DNA from: Candidatus Cloacimonadales bacterium
GTDB lineage: Bacteria > Cloacimonadota > Cloacimonadia > Cloacimonadales > JAIOQZ01
Assembly: GCA_963662655.2 (NCBI GenBank)
Contig: CAXXTU010000002.1
Coordinates: forward strand, 1,792,001 to 1,856,000
Length of the DNA stretch: 64,000 nt
Direction of reading: 5' to 3'
Positions within the stretch are counted from its first letter, which is position 1, and each line of letters starts with the position of its first letter. Under the pieces are notes generated by a model. It made no database searches. It was not told where the DNA came from and worked only from the letters and a program-made list of their open reading frames with translations. The position numbers and the translations under genes were made by a program. Below, piece after piece: positions 9,480-18,786 of the stretch.

Positions 9480-10286
9480 TTAATTTTTATCGTTCAGGAT
9501 GTGGAGGCGCCCCTCTTCGCGGAGTTCCTTGATGTGTTTTTTGAACTCGGGGTAATTGATCCCCCGGATATCCGTATAATACAGGTGCTCGAAATCGAGG
9601 ACCGTGTTCAGTTCCTCTCGATAGCGACGAGCGCTGTCCCGCTCCTGCTGAGGGATTGCGCGAATTGTCAGCAGCTTCTCGGTCTGCCTGTTCTTGTATA
9701 GATGATTTGCGAATGTGCTGCAGCAGCACACGCCGTCTTTGCAAACCAGCGAGCATCTGCCGTCGAAATGGGATTTTATGATCTCACGTGCGCGGTGCAG
9801 GTCGGTTTTCACAACCGCCTCGCTGCATTCGAGTATATCCGCGGTATCCGCGACAGTGAACTCGAGGATAACCCGTAATGTGAATACAACGCGATACTTG
9901 GGAGGCATGCAATTCATAAACATTTGCAAGCACGATTGCTTCACGCGCTCGACAAGATACTGATCCTCCGAATCGCCGGCAGAATTGATGACATGATATA
10001 CCTGATTCTCCGTCATCTGGTGCTCCTCGGCGTAGTTCGTCACGTGGAGCCGCCGTTCTTTCTTCATGGTCTGGCGTGCGGTGTTCACCGTAATCCGGTA
10101 CAACCATGTGAAAGGCGAGCTATCACCACGGAAGTCGTCCCATCCCTTGTACGCGTTCAGAAAGGCGTTTTGCAGAACATCTTCCGCGTCTTCTTTATTG
10201 CCAGTAAACCTGAAGACCATGGTGTAAAGTCGCTGATAGTGCTCTTTGAATAGGTTATCAAATGTTCTTTTTGCGCTCTCGGTCAT
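9480..10286 (-). CDS. ECF sigma-70 factor with Cys-rich C-terminal extension
   Basis: Region 2 DAEDVLQNAFL...FTWLYRITVN; region 4 VVKTDLHRAR; extension RCSLVCKDGVCCC; AAGGAG upstream of ATG 10286. Confidence 0.9.
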   Translation of the reverse strand: MTESAKRTFDNLFKEHYQRLYTMVFRFTGNKEDAEDVLQNAFLNAYKGWDDFRGDSSPFTWLYRITVNTARQTMKKERRLHVTNYAEEHQMTENQVYHVINSAGDSEDQYLVERVKQSCLQMFMNCMPPKYRVVFTLRVILEFTVADTADILECSEAVVKTDLHRAREIIKSHFDGRCSLVCKDGVCCCSTFANHLYKNRQTEKLLTIRAIPQQERDSARRYREELNTVLDFEHLYYTDIRGINYPEFKKHIKELREEGRLHILNDKN

Positions 10287-10392
10287 CCAATCTACTCCTT
10301 GCTGAATTGCGGGCATTTTTTAAGGAAATGCCGATCTGTCAACGGGTTTCTGCTAAACTTCGAACACGTCTGGAAGTCTTGGGGTTACTGCT

Positions 10393-10574
10393 GCCTGGGG
10401 GCGCGGCGTGGGAAGCCCTGCGACCGCAGCAGCATGTTTGAATTGATCAAATTATTCGAACAAACATGCTGCTGCGGTCTTATCGGGGCTTCCCGTAACA
10501 CTGCTGGGCGGTTTCTTATTGGAAACCGCCCAGCAGTGTTACGTGTGCAAGGCACACACGCCGCGCCCCCGGGC
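10393..10574 (+). repeat. Four-way-junction palindromic element, copy 1
   Basis: P1 10393-10409/10558-10574; P2 gggaagccc..gggcttccc with an inner 19-bp perfect stem; P3 21-bp perfect stem 10495-10515/10522-10542; P4 gtgtgc-aag-gcacac. Confidence 0.85.
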
Positions 10575-10654
10575 TCGGTTGGTTGCTCGCCATCGAGTCG
10601 TGAATCTGTTTGACAGGAAAGCATCTCCGATAATCCTGACTGGAAGGAGACAGG

Positions 10655-11284
10655 ATGTCAGATACATTATACACGATCGAGAATGATCGCTCGCACGAGA
10701 TCAAGATTCAGCGATCGAGGTTTATCTGTTCCATGCGGCACGTAACCAGCCTGGAAGACGCGAAGGCGTTCATCTCGGAGATCGCAGCGCAACACAAGCA
10801 GGCAAATCACAACTGCTGGGCCTACGTCGTGGGCGATAACGGCGAACTCTTTCACGCGTCCGATGCGGGAGAACCTTCCGGCACAGCCGGCAAACCCATG
10901 CTGAATTCCCTGAAGCGGCACAACCTGACGAAGGTATCCGTCGTCGTTACACGCTATTTCGGCGGAATCAAACTGGGCATCCGCGGCTTGATCGAAGCTT
11001 ATACTCAAGCCGTTGAAGAATGCATCCAAACCCACCCGCTCAAGAAAATCTTGTACCTGCGCCATTTCAATATCGTTACAGATTACGGTTTCGCCGAGAC
11101 CCTGAAGCACCGAATCTCCGGTTTGAAAGGCAATGTCGCCGACGCCTCGTACACTGATAAGGTTACACTTACGGTGGATGTGGAAATGGACAATAGCCAG
11201 TCGCTCTTCGATTTCCTTACCGAATTGCAACAAAGCGGAACGCTGAAGTTTCACGAGATGGACCACGCCGAAGTCGAAGAATAA
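10655..11284 (+). CDS. yigZ: YigZ/IMPACT family protein
   Basis: SRFI, ANHNCWAY, SDAGEPSGTAGKPML, VTRYFGGIKLGIRGLIEAY. Confidence 0.93.
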   Translation: MSDTLYTIENDRSHEIKIQRSRFICSMRHVTSLEDAKAFISEIAAQHKQANHNCWAYVVGDNGELFHASDAGEPSGTAGKPMLNSLKRHNLTKVSVVVTRYFGGIKLGIRGLIEAYTQAVEECIQTHPLKKILYLRHFNIVTDYGFAETLKHRISGLKGNVADASYTDKVTLTVDVEMDNSQSLFDFLTELQQSGTLKFHEMDHAEVEE

Positions 11285-11505
11285 ATAGGAAACGCTATCA
11301 AACACATTTGCCACAGACGAGAAAATCATTGACATGGAAGCCAATCCTCAACATTATTCAATAATATGAAAAATCCGTTGCATATTAATGAATTACGCGC
11401 ATCATTAAGTAATCCAAATATGCTGCGGAACGCGTTTTGCATTATAATATATAGTAGCGGGATGGCATCGAGTCATCGCGCTTACGGGGAATGCAAACAG
11501 GAGAG

Positions 11506-12318
11506 ATGGAGGAAGAATTGTCATACCGGGTAGGATTCTTGCAGTTTAAGCCGGTTCATCATAAGCCCGATGAAAACCTGAGCTACATACAGAAACAGCT
11601 TTCCGGAGCGCCGGAAGCCGATCTGATCGTGTTGCCGGAACTGGCTACAACCGGCTACCTCTTCAAGGATCGAGCAGAGCTCGATGCGCTTGCGGAAGAT
11701 CCCTGCACCGGCTCGACTGCGGTTTTGCTCAAGAAGCTTTCCCAAGAGAAGAATACAAGCTATGTCATTGGCTTTGCGGAGAAAGCGACTAATGGACTCT
11801 ACAACTCGTCCATGCTCGTCAATCCCGACGGCAACATCTACCTCTATCGCAAAATACACCTGTTCGATGATGAGAAAAGAGTGTTCGATTCCGGAGACTT
11901 GGGCTTTCCGGTGTACGAAGCAAAAAACGGCATCAAAGTCGGGCTGATGATCTGCTTCGACTGGATATTCCCCGAATCTGCACGAACCCTCGCCCTCAAA
12001 GGCGCGCAGATACTCTGCCATTCTGTTAACCTGGTTCTACCATGGTGCCAGCAGGCAATGCTGACAAGGACGCTGGAGAACGGCGTTTTCGCCATCACTG
12101 CCAACCGTTTCGGCAGGGAGACTTACGCAGGTAGCGACCTGACATTCACCGGCCAGTCACAGATCGTCACGAACAAAGGGGCGATTGCTTATCGGGCCTC
12201 CGAGCAAACTGATGAGATCGTCATCCGTCAGATCGAGCCGGAAGAGGCTTTGAATAAAATGATTACGGGCAGAAATCATCTGCTCGATGACAGACGTCCA
12301 GATATGTACAAAAAATAG
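11506..12318 (+). CDS. Carbon-nitrogen hydrolase (nitrilase superfamily); start uncertain (11491/11506/11518)
   Basis: Catalytic Glu-Lys-Cys triad: LPEL, YRKIHLF, MICFDWIFPE. Confidence 0.93.
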   Translation: MEEELSYRVGFLQFKPVHHKPDENLSYIQKQLSGAPEADLIVLPELATTGYLFKDRAELDALAEDPCTGSTAVLLKKLSQEKNTSYVIGFAEKATNGLYNSSMLVNPDGNIYLYRKIHLFDDEKRVFDSGDLGFPVYEAKNGIKVGLMICFDWIFPESARTLALKGAQILCHSVNLVLPWCQQAMLTRTLENGVFAITANRFGRETYAGSDLTFTGQSQIVTNKGAIAYRASEQTDEIVIRQIEPEEALNKMITGRNHLLDDRRPDMYKK

Positions 12319-12362
12319 AAGTAATAAAAACGAACAGTAAAGAATCACAAGGAGAGAAACTC

Positions 12363-15300
12363 ATGCGAAATCTGTTACTTACAATAGTACTGGTTTTGAC
12401 CGTATTTTCGCTGGCAGCCAAATCGGTTGACTTCAGTGCGACCGTCAATAACCCACCGATCGAACGAAGCGGAAATCCGGCTTCGGACGCAAACTTCGTA
12501 ATGGCGGAAACTGGCGAACCCATGCTTCCCTTCGAGAGCTACAACCTGGTTCTTCCTTACGGAACCTCGGTTGACGACATCGTCGTCGAACTCACCGATT
12601 ACACCGTTCTTGGTGGAGAATGGGACATTCCTCATGTCAACGCTCCATCCCGTACCGGCGCCCCCGTTTTCGAAACACCACGCAACGAAGCGATCTACAG
12701 ATCGAATGCCCCTTACCCGGCAAACGATTTCGAACTCGTGACCGTTCAGCGTCTTGCAGGTATCGACATCGCTGTCATCAACGTTTATCCTTACAAGTAT
12801 TCACCGGCATCCAAGGAACTTGGATACTATCGGAATATCGATATCCATATCGATGCCCAGGACGACAACTCGGTCCGCGAAGAACAAAATCGTAAGATTT
12901 GCAAGTCCGAAAGCGTCATGAAGCGCATTAATATCCTTACCGCTAATCCTGAAAACGTTTCAACCTATCCAAACTACAACACACCGAATCACGAGAGAAA
13001 CCTGGTTGATCCTAACGATCCATACCAGTACATTATCGTTTGTGGCGCGGCCTACGTTGACCTCTTCGAGGACTATGCCGATTGGAAGGGCGAACACGGT
13101 GTAACCGCGGGTGTTTTCACAATCGAATCGATCTATACCGAGTACTCCGGTACCCAGCAGGGCAAGCTTCGTGCTTTCATTACCGATGCCTATGAAAACT
13201 GGGCAAACTCTTCAACTCCTCTCGAATACGTGCTTCTCGCCGGCGATGACGAAATCATCCCGATTCGTGGGGTATGGGGTCACGTAAACGAGACCGACAA
13301 CTCAATCCCCTGCGACATGTACTACGGCTGTCTCGACGGTACCTGGAACGCCGATAACGATCAGATTTACGGCGAAACAAGCGATAACGCGGACCTTTAC
13401 GCCGAAGTGCACATCGGACGATATCCTGGCGACACCATGGAAGACTTCGAAAACATGATCTTCAAGACAATCCAGTATGTTGACTTCCCAGCGGCCTCCA
13501 TCGACAAGTGTACGCTCGTCGGTGAGCAGCTTGACGATTACCCGACATACGGTGGCGACTACAAAGATGAAATCGCGAACAGCACAACCATGCTTCCTTC
13601 GTACTATAACGTCTCTACCTTCTATGAAAGGGACGGGACCTTCGATACCGGCGACCTGATCGATCATATCAACGATGATCAAGCTGGCTTGATGAACCAC
13701 ATGGGACACTGCGACTACAATTATGCGATGAGCCTCACACCTGCTCAAATCCAGAATCTTCATAACACCGAATATCCATTCGTCTACTCTCAAGGCTGCT
13801 ACGCGCTCGCGTTCGATCAGCAAACCAGTGGCGACGTGGAATGTATCGGCGAAAACATGCTTTTCAACGATGCCGGCTGGTTCGCTTTCTGCGGTAACAC
13901 CCGTTACGGCTGGTATGCAAACGGAAGCACCAACGGTGCATCACAGCAGTTCGACAAGAAGTACTTCCAGTCACTGTTCTACAACGAAATTCGCGAAATG
14001 TCCGCGGCCCTCGCAAACTCGAAAGAGCAGCTTGTGGCTTACGTCAATTCCGGTAGCGGAACCTATCGCTGGGTCTACTACGAAATGGTTCTCTTCGGCG
14101 ATCCGGAAGTGGCAATCTACAACGGCGAAGGCAACATGCCCGACCTCGACATCTTCTATCAGCAAGTGCTTGAATATGGCGGAGACGGCGACGGCATCCT
14201 CAATCCCGGCGAGCAAGCCCAGGTTGTCATCATGTTGATCAACAACCCGGGAACCGGCGTTGCAGCAAATTCATCCGCAACCCTGGTTACCGATAACGAA
14301 TATGTCGAAATCATCGACGGTCATCGTGATTTCGGTAGCCTCGCTGCCGGCGCAACAGCTGACAACTACAGCTCACCGTTTATCATCCAGCTTTCGGAAG
14401 ACTGCCCGGTTGGCGAAATCAACTTCACCGTTGAACTCAGCGCCAACGCAGGTTCCGAAACTTACTTCGTGAAGCAATACGCGCTCACGGCGACCAGTCT
14501 GCTTTACTACCCGAACTTCCCATTCACAACGCAGACTTCCGTATACTCGTCACCGATCGTGGCGGACGTCGATGCCGACGGTAACGAAGAAATCGTTTCC
14601 GCCGACGCATCTGGCAATATCTATGCCCTCAGATCAAACGGCAACAACATCAGCGGATTCCCTGTGGCAACCGGTTCCAATATCAGAACCAACGTCGCTA
14701 TGGGTAACCTCGACGCGGACGAGCAGCTTGAGATTGCCTCCATCTCGTTCGATCACATCCTTACGATCGTGGACAACGATGGAACCATCATGTATCAGAA
14801 TTCAGATTACCAGGTGTTCATGAATTCTCCGACCATCGCCGACATCGCCGGTGACGCAAGAGAAGAAGTGATCTTCGGTAACATGAACCATTACCTTTAC
14901 GCTCTCGATGCTACCGGCACTCCGGTGACCAACTTCCCGGTCGAGCTACCGGACAGGATCCTTGGCGGCGCGGCAGTCGGCGATGTTGACAGCGACGGAC
15001 AGAAGGAAATCGTTGTGGGATGTTTCAACGGCAACCTTTACATCGTTGAATCCGACGGAAGCTACCGCAGCGTGACTCTCAGCGGTCAATTCTCGACCAC
15101 TCCGCTGATTTTCGGAAGCGGCAAGATCGCTATCGGCAGCAGCGACAGTCATGTCTACATTATCGAATCGGATGCCGTCGTGCAGGATATTACTCTCGAC
15201 GCGAAAGTATCGAAAGGGATCATCGCTGCCGATTTCGACGGTGACGACGATTACGAGCTTGCATTCTCGCTCGAGAATGGCACAACATACATCATGGAAG

Positions 15301-15977
15301 ACGACGGTACGGTCTTCAACGGCTGGCCTATTGACCTCGGCGCGGGTGTCGATGGAACCCCGGTTGCCGGAGATATTGACGGCGACGGAATGATCGACCT
15401 GCTCGTTCTGAACTCGGAAGGTACGATCCAGGGCAAGAACATCAGCGGCGAAGACCTTCAAAACTTCCCGATCGGCTACGGGATCCCGACCCAGAGCTCT
15501 GTAAGCATCTGTAATGTCGATCGCAACGCTTCCGCTGAACTTGCTGCCGGAACCAACACCGGCGTTTCTCTGTGGGATATCAAGTTGAACTGCGGCGATC
15601 TGAACGTGTGGCCGTACCTTTACGGAGACATCGGTCGTACATCCTGTACCCAGACCATCGTAGCGAACGACGACGATACCGTTCCCGAAGTGATTACTTC
15701 GCTGACGGGCAACTATCCGAATCCGTTCAATCCCGAAACCACAATCAAATTCTCGATCTCAGATCAAGACAGCAAGCAGCCTGTAAGTCTCAAGATTTAC
15801 AACATCAAGGGCCAGCTTGTGAAGACGATCGTGAACGAAAAACTCGCTACGGGCGAGCATTTCCTGACCTGGCAGGGTAACAGCGATACCGGTAAATCGG
15901 TTGCATCCGGTATTTACTTCTATCGCCTCACCACATCGTCATCCAGCCAGAACCGCAAAATGCTCCTGCTGAAATAA
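12363..15977 (+). CDS. Secreted C25 (gingipain-like) cysteine peptidase with FG-GAP repeats and FlgD-Ig/T9SS-like C-terminal domain
   Basis: Signal peptide, propeptide (GEPMLP), YVLLAGD, catalytic NHMGH and SQGC, LFGDP, several DxDxDG repeats, GNYPNPFNPET...SGIYFYRL...KMLLLK. Confidence 0.9.
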   Translation: MRNLLLTIVLVLTVFSLAAKSVDFSATVNNPPIERSGNPASDANFVMAETGEPMLPFESYNLVLPYGTSVDDIVVELTDYTVLGGEWDIPHVNAPSRTGAPVFETPRNEAIYRSNAPYPANDFELVTVQRLAGIDIAVINVYPYKYSPASKELGYYRNIDIHIDAQDDNSVREEQNRKICKSESVMKRINILTANPENVSTYPNYNTPNHERNLVDPNDPYQYIIVCGAAYVDLFEDYADWKGEHGVTAGVFTIESIYTEYSGTQQGKLRAFITDAYENWANSSTPLEYVLLAGDDEIIPIRGVWGHVNETDNSIPCDMYYGCLDGTWNADNDQIYGETSDNADLYAEVHIGRYPGDTMEDFENMIFKTIQYVDFPAASIDKCTLVGEQLDDYPTYGGDYKDEIANSTTMLPSYYNVSTFYERDGTFDTGDLIDHINDDQAGLMNHMGHCDYNYAMSLTPAQIQNLHNTEYPFVYSQGCYALAFDQQTSGDVECIGENMLFNDAGWFAFCGNTRYGWYANGSTNGASQQFDKKYFQSLFYNEIREMSAALANSKEQLVAYVNSGSGTYRWVYYEMVLFGDPEVAIYNGEGNMPDLDIFYQQVLEYGGDGDGILNPGEQAQVVIMLINNPGTGVAANSSATLVTDNEYVEIIDGHRDFGSLAAGATADNYSSPFIIQLSEDCPVGEINFTVELSANAGSETYFVKQYALTATSLLYYPNFPFTTQTSVYSSPIVADVDADGNEEIVSADASGNIYALRSNGNNISGFPVATGSNIRTNVAMGNLDADEQLEIASISFDHILTIVDNDGTIMYQNSDYQVFMNSPTIADIAGDAREEVIFGNMNHYLYALDATGTPVTNFPVELPDRILGGAAVGDVDSDGQKEIVVGCFNGNLYIVESDGSYRSVTLSGQFSTTPLIFGSGKIAIGSSDSHVYIIESDAVVQDITLDAKVSKGIIAADFDGDDDYELAFSLENGTTYIMEDDGTVFNGWPIDLGAGVDGTPVAGDIDGDGMIDLLVLNSEGTIQGKNISGEDLQNFPIGYGIPTQSSVSICNVDRNASAELAAGTNTGVSLWDIKLNCGDLNVWPYLYGDIGRTSCTQTIVANDDDTVPEVITSLTGNYPNPFNPETTIKFSISDQDSKQPVSLKIYNIKGQLVKTIVNEKLATGEHFLTWQGNSDTGKSVASGIYFYRLTTSSSSQNRKMLLLK

Positions 15978-15995
15978 TTAGCTTTCAAGCAAACG

Positions 15996-16032
15996 AAAAA
16001 CGCCCAATCGTCGATTGGGCGTTTTTCTTTTT
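15996..16032 (+). terminator. Intrinsic terminator after the C25 peptidase
   Basis: aaaaacgcccaatcg-t-cgattgggcgttttt followed by ctttttt. Confidence 0.85.
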
Positions 16033-16059
16033 ACGAGGTACAAGCTTCAGGTTGTGTGC

Positions 16060-16223
16060 CCACCAGCGCGGCGGGGCGGCGTTGGAAGCCTGGCATGTGC
16101 AAGTCATTATCTGATTCGGGAACTTTGCGCTGAATGGAGTCTTGAGAACGCTGGTCGACCGGCTTCCTGATCGATGTACATCGATCGTGCGCGAAGCGCA
16201 CACGCCGCCCCGCCGCGCGGTGG
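16060..16223 (+). repeat. Four-way-junction palindromic element, copy 2
   Basis: P1 gcgcggcggggcggcgt/acgccgccccgccgcgc; P2 ggaagcc (16084-16090)..ggcttcc (16161-16167); P3 gatcgatgtacatcgatc; P4 gtgcgc-gaa-gcgcac. Confidence 0.85.
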
Positions 16224-16284
16224 ATCGACGGTTGGAAGTAGAAGCACGTTAGCGGAAAGAGATGGATGAACGGGGTATGGTGAA

Positions 16285-17262
16285 CTAAAGGATCGCCTGG
16301 TTCATCTTCTCGATGAACGCGATGGTTTGAACGAAATCCTCGGGCAGTGGAGCCTTCAAGAGAAGTCTTTCGCCGGTGATCGGATGTTCAAAGGCGAGCG
16401 AGGACGAATGAAGCGCCTGACGCTGCATGTGATTCGCAACGAGGTATTTCATGCGTTTCTGGAGATTCAGCGGCAACATACTCAGCTCGCGTTTGAGCGT
16501 CGAGTAAGTCCGATCCCCCAGAACAGGGTAGCCGATGTGTGAAAGGTGTACTCTTATCTGATGGGTTCTTCCGGTCAGGATGCAGACGTCCAGCAAACCA
16601 AAGTATTCGAGATCCTTCTCGATACGGAAGATGCTGATCGCATCCTTTCCGCCTTCGACAACACTCATCTTCTTGCGATCCGAACCGCTCCTGGCGATTC
16701 CCGTACGGATTTCGTTGTCCAGGTCCCGAGGTAAACCCACCGTCAACGCCAGGTAATGCTTCTCGATCTTCCGCTCCTGAAAAATGCGCGATAGCAGCGA
16801 ATGCGTCCTGTCGTCCCTGGCCACGAGAATGATCCCACTGGTGTCCTTGTCCAGCCGGTGAACGATTCCCGGGCGGGTCGGGTCCGACCCGGTAGAAAGC
16901 GTTCCCGAAAAGTGGTGCATCAGAGCGTTAACGAGCGTGCCGTTCCAGTTACCCGGTGCGGGATGAACCGTCATACCAACCGGCTTATTCACGGCGATCA
17001 AATAGGGGTCTTCGTAGACGATGTCGAGAGGAATCACTTCCGCCTTAACCTTGCTCGATTCCGGCTCGGGAATGCTCAACTCGATCTCGTCTCCCTCTTC
17101 AACCAGATAGCTCTTTTTCACGGGCTGCCCGTTGACGAGCGCTTCGCCATTCTTGATCAATCGATCGATAAACGAACGGGAATAGAGTTCGTCGAGCTGT
17201 AAGTCACTCAGGTACTTGTCGATACGAGGCCTTGAAGAAATATCGCAGAGAATCTTCATCAT
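16285..17262 (-). CDS. rluD: RluA/RluD-family 23S rRNA pseudouridine synthase
   Basis: N-terminal S4-like domain, NKPVGMTVHP, catalytic GIVHRLDKDTSG, TGRTHQIRVH. Confidence 0.92.
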   Translation of the reverse strand: MMKILCDISSRPRIDKYLSDLQLDELYSRSFIDRLIKNGEALVNGQPVKKSYLVEEGDEIELSIPEPESSKVKAEVIPLDIVYEDPYLIAVNKPVGMTVHPAPGNWNGTLVNALMHHFSGTLSTGSDPTRPGIVHRLDKDTSGIILVARDDRTHSLLSRIFQERKIEKHYLALTVGLPRDLDNEIRTGIARSGSDRKKMSVVEGGKDAISIFRIEKDLEYFGLLDVCILTGRTHQIRVHLSHIGYPVLGDRTYSTLKRELSMLPLNLQKRMKYLVANHMQRQALHSSSLAFEHPITGERLLLKAPLPEDFVQTIAFIEKMNQAIL

Positions 17263-18071
17263 TCGTCGGAATCTTTACCTTTCTCGCCTTTCTTGCGATC
17301 GATATTGAACACGCCCAGAACAACACCGATAGGCATTCCACCCACATCGCGTACCATGCTGCTCTTGAGCGTGATATGTCGCTTCAACGATGGTATGAAA
17401 TACTGCTGTGAGGGCTGAACGCTTCGATTCTGCAAGATCGGGAGCGCATACTTGACGATGCTGTTGTTCACCTCCGGCTGGAAGCTCGAATCGAAGAGAT
17501 TGAGGTTCTCCGCAAGAAGCGGGAACACATCATTCAGGTTGTCGCTGAGGAACTTGATGTCTCCATCGATATCGATGACGATGAATCCGTTCTCAGACAG
17601 CTTCAAAATGCTCAGAATGCGGTTCATGTGCTCGATGATCTTCTCTTTCTTCGCTTGATCGAAATGAACGACCGAATTGAGCATCTTCTTGACCTGAAGG
17701 ATCAATTCCATCACGTCTTCATCGTTGCGACCGCTCAGCTCGGTTTCGTCGATATCGAGATTGTAGTTACCTCGCGTAATCTCCTTTAGTAGCTTGTTGA
17801 CATCCGTGAACCCACGATGGAGAAACACGGGAACGTAAAAGAAGAAGATAATCGCGACCAGAAATTGCAAGAACAGGAATATCCACAAAATATTGCCGAT
17901 GTCCTTCTTCATCAGTTCCGCGCGCTCCCTTAGCATGGTCGCATCGTCCATCGATCCCATCGCGCCCTTGTGAGTCGCCATGGTGAACCAGATAACAACA
18001 CCCTGCGCTGCCGTCAGCAGAAGCAACAGAATGATGAAATAGCGTATCTTGCGAGTAATGAAGTATTTCAT
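17259..18071 (-). CDS. Membrane protein with two TM helices, HAMP-like and PAS-like segments, no output domain
   Basis: Two hydrophobic stretches; KEITRGNYN...EDVMEL HAMP-like; SENGFIVIDIDGDIKFLS...GMPIGVVLGVFNI PAS-like; protein ends soon after. Confidence 0.65.
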   Translation of the reverse strand: MKYFITRKIRYFIILLLLLTAAQGVVIWFTMATHKGAMGSMDDATMLRERAELMKKDIGNILWIFLFLQFLVAIIFFFYVPVFLHRGFTDVNKLLKEITRGNYNLDIDETELSGRNDEDVMELILQVKKMLNSVVHFDQAKKEKIIEHMNRILSILKLSENGFIVIDIDGDIKFLSDNLNDVFPLLAENLNLFDSSFQPEVNNSIVKYALPILQNRSVQPSQQYFIPSLKRHITLKSSMVRDVGGMPIGVVLGVFNIDRKKGEKGKDSDE

Positions 18072-18075
18072 AGGA

Positions 18076-18774
18076 TCAATCCTGCATCGTTTCCTTGATG
18101 ATTTCGTTGATTCTCGGCTCGGGCCCCAGAAGGACAAGCTGATCGCCTTCCTTTATCACGTCGTTTGCTCCGGGAAGATCGTTGATACGCTTCTCGAGCT
18201 TGTTCTCGCCATCCTCCGAAACCGTGAGATGATCGTACTTGATCGCGACAATGTGAACGCCCTTGCTCGCTGGCAAGGCAAGCTCCTGAAGCGTCTTGCC
18301 CACGTAACTGTCCGGCACGGAGATTTCCACTATCGAGTGCCCGGTGGCGAGGTTGTAGTAGCGTATCACATTGCGAGAGAGCAGAGAATGCGCCAGTTCG
18401 AGCCCAATCTGCTCCTCGGGAAAAACAATGTGCTTCACGCCGATGAGTTCGAGAATCCTCGCGTGGAGCTTGCTATCGACTTTCGCGTGTATGTTTGCCG
18501 CACCCAGCTTGGTGAGAATAACGCTGGTGAGAACGCTGACCTCGATATTGTTACCGATCGCCAGGATCACGGCGTCCATGTCGTCCACACCCACCTGCTT
18601 AAGCGCTTGTTCGTCCGTGCTGTCCATGCAAATGGCAGCCGTAACGCTGTTCTTTATCTCGTCGATCAATTTCTGATCCGAATCGATGACCGTTACCTCC
18701 GCGCCGTTCTTGAACAGCGTCGACGACACGGTCATACCGAATTTACCCATTCCAATAACCAGGAACTTAGCCAT
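18076..18774 (-). CDS. trkA: TrkA/KtrA potassium uptake regulatory subunit
   Basis: VIGMGKFG Rossmann (RCK_N), IVFPEEQIG, RCK_C domain. Confidence 0.92.
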   Translation of the reverse strand: MAKFLVIGMGKFGMTVSSTLFKNGAEVTVIDSDQKLIDEIKNSVTAAICMDSTDEQALKQVGVDDMDAVILAIGNNIEVSVLTSVILTKLGAANIHAKVDSKLHARILELIGVKHIVFPEEQIGLELAHSLLSRNVIRYYNLATGHSIVEISVPDSYVGKTLQELALPASKGVHIVAIKYDHLTVSEDGENKLEKRINDLPGANDVIKEGDQLVLLGPEPRINEIIKETMQD

Positions 18775-18786
18775 ATAGACTCCTCA

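Noticed and set aside
10393..10574. Cloverleaf elements as tRNA genes or hammerhead ribozymes
   Set aside because: No T-loop GTTCRA, D-loop or CCA; arm lengths are wrong; no CUGANGA/GAAA core
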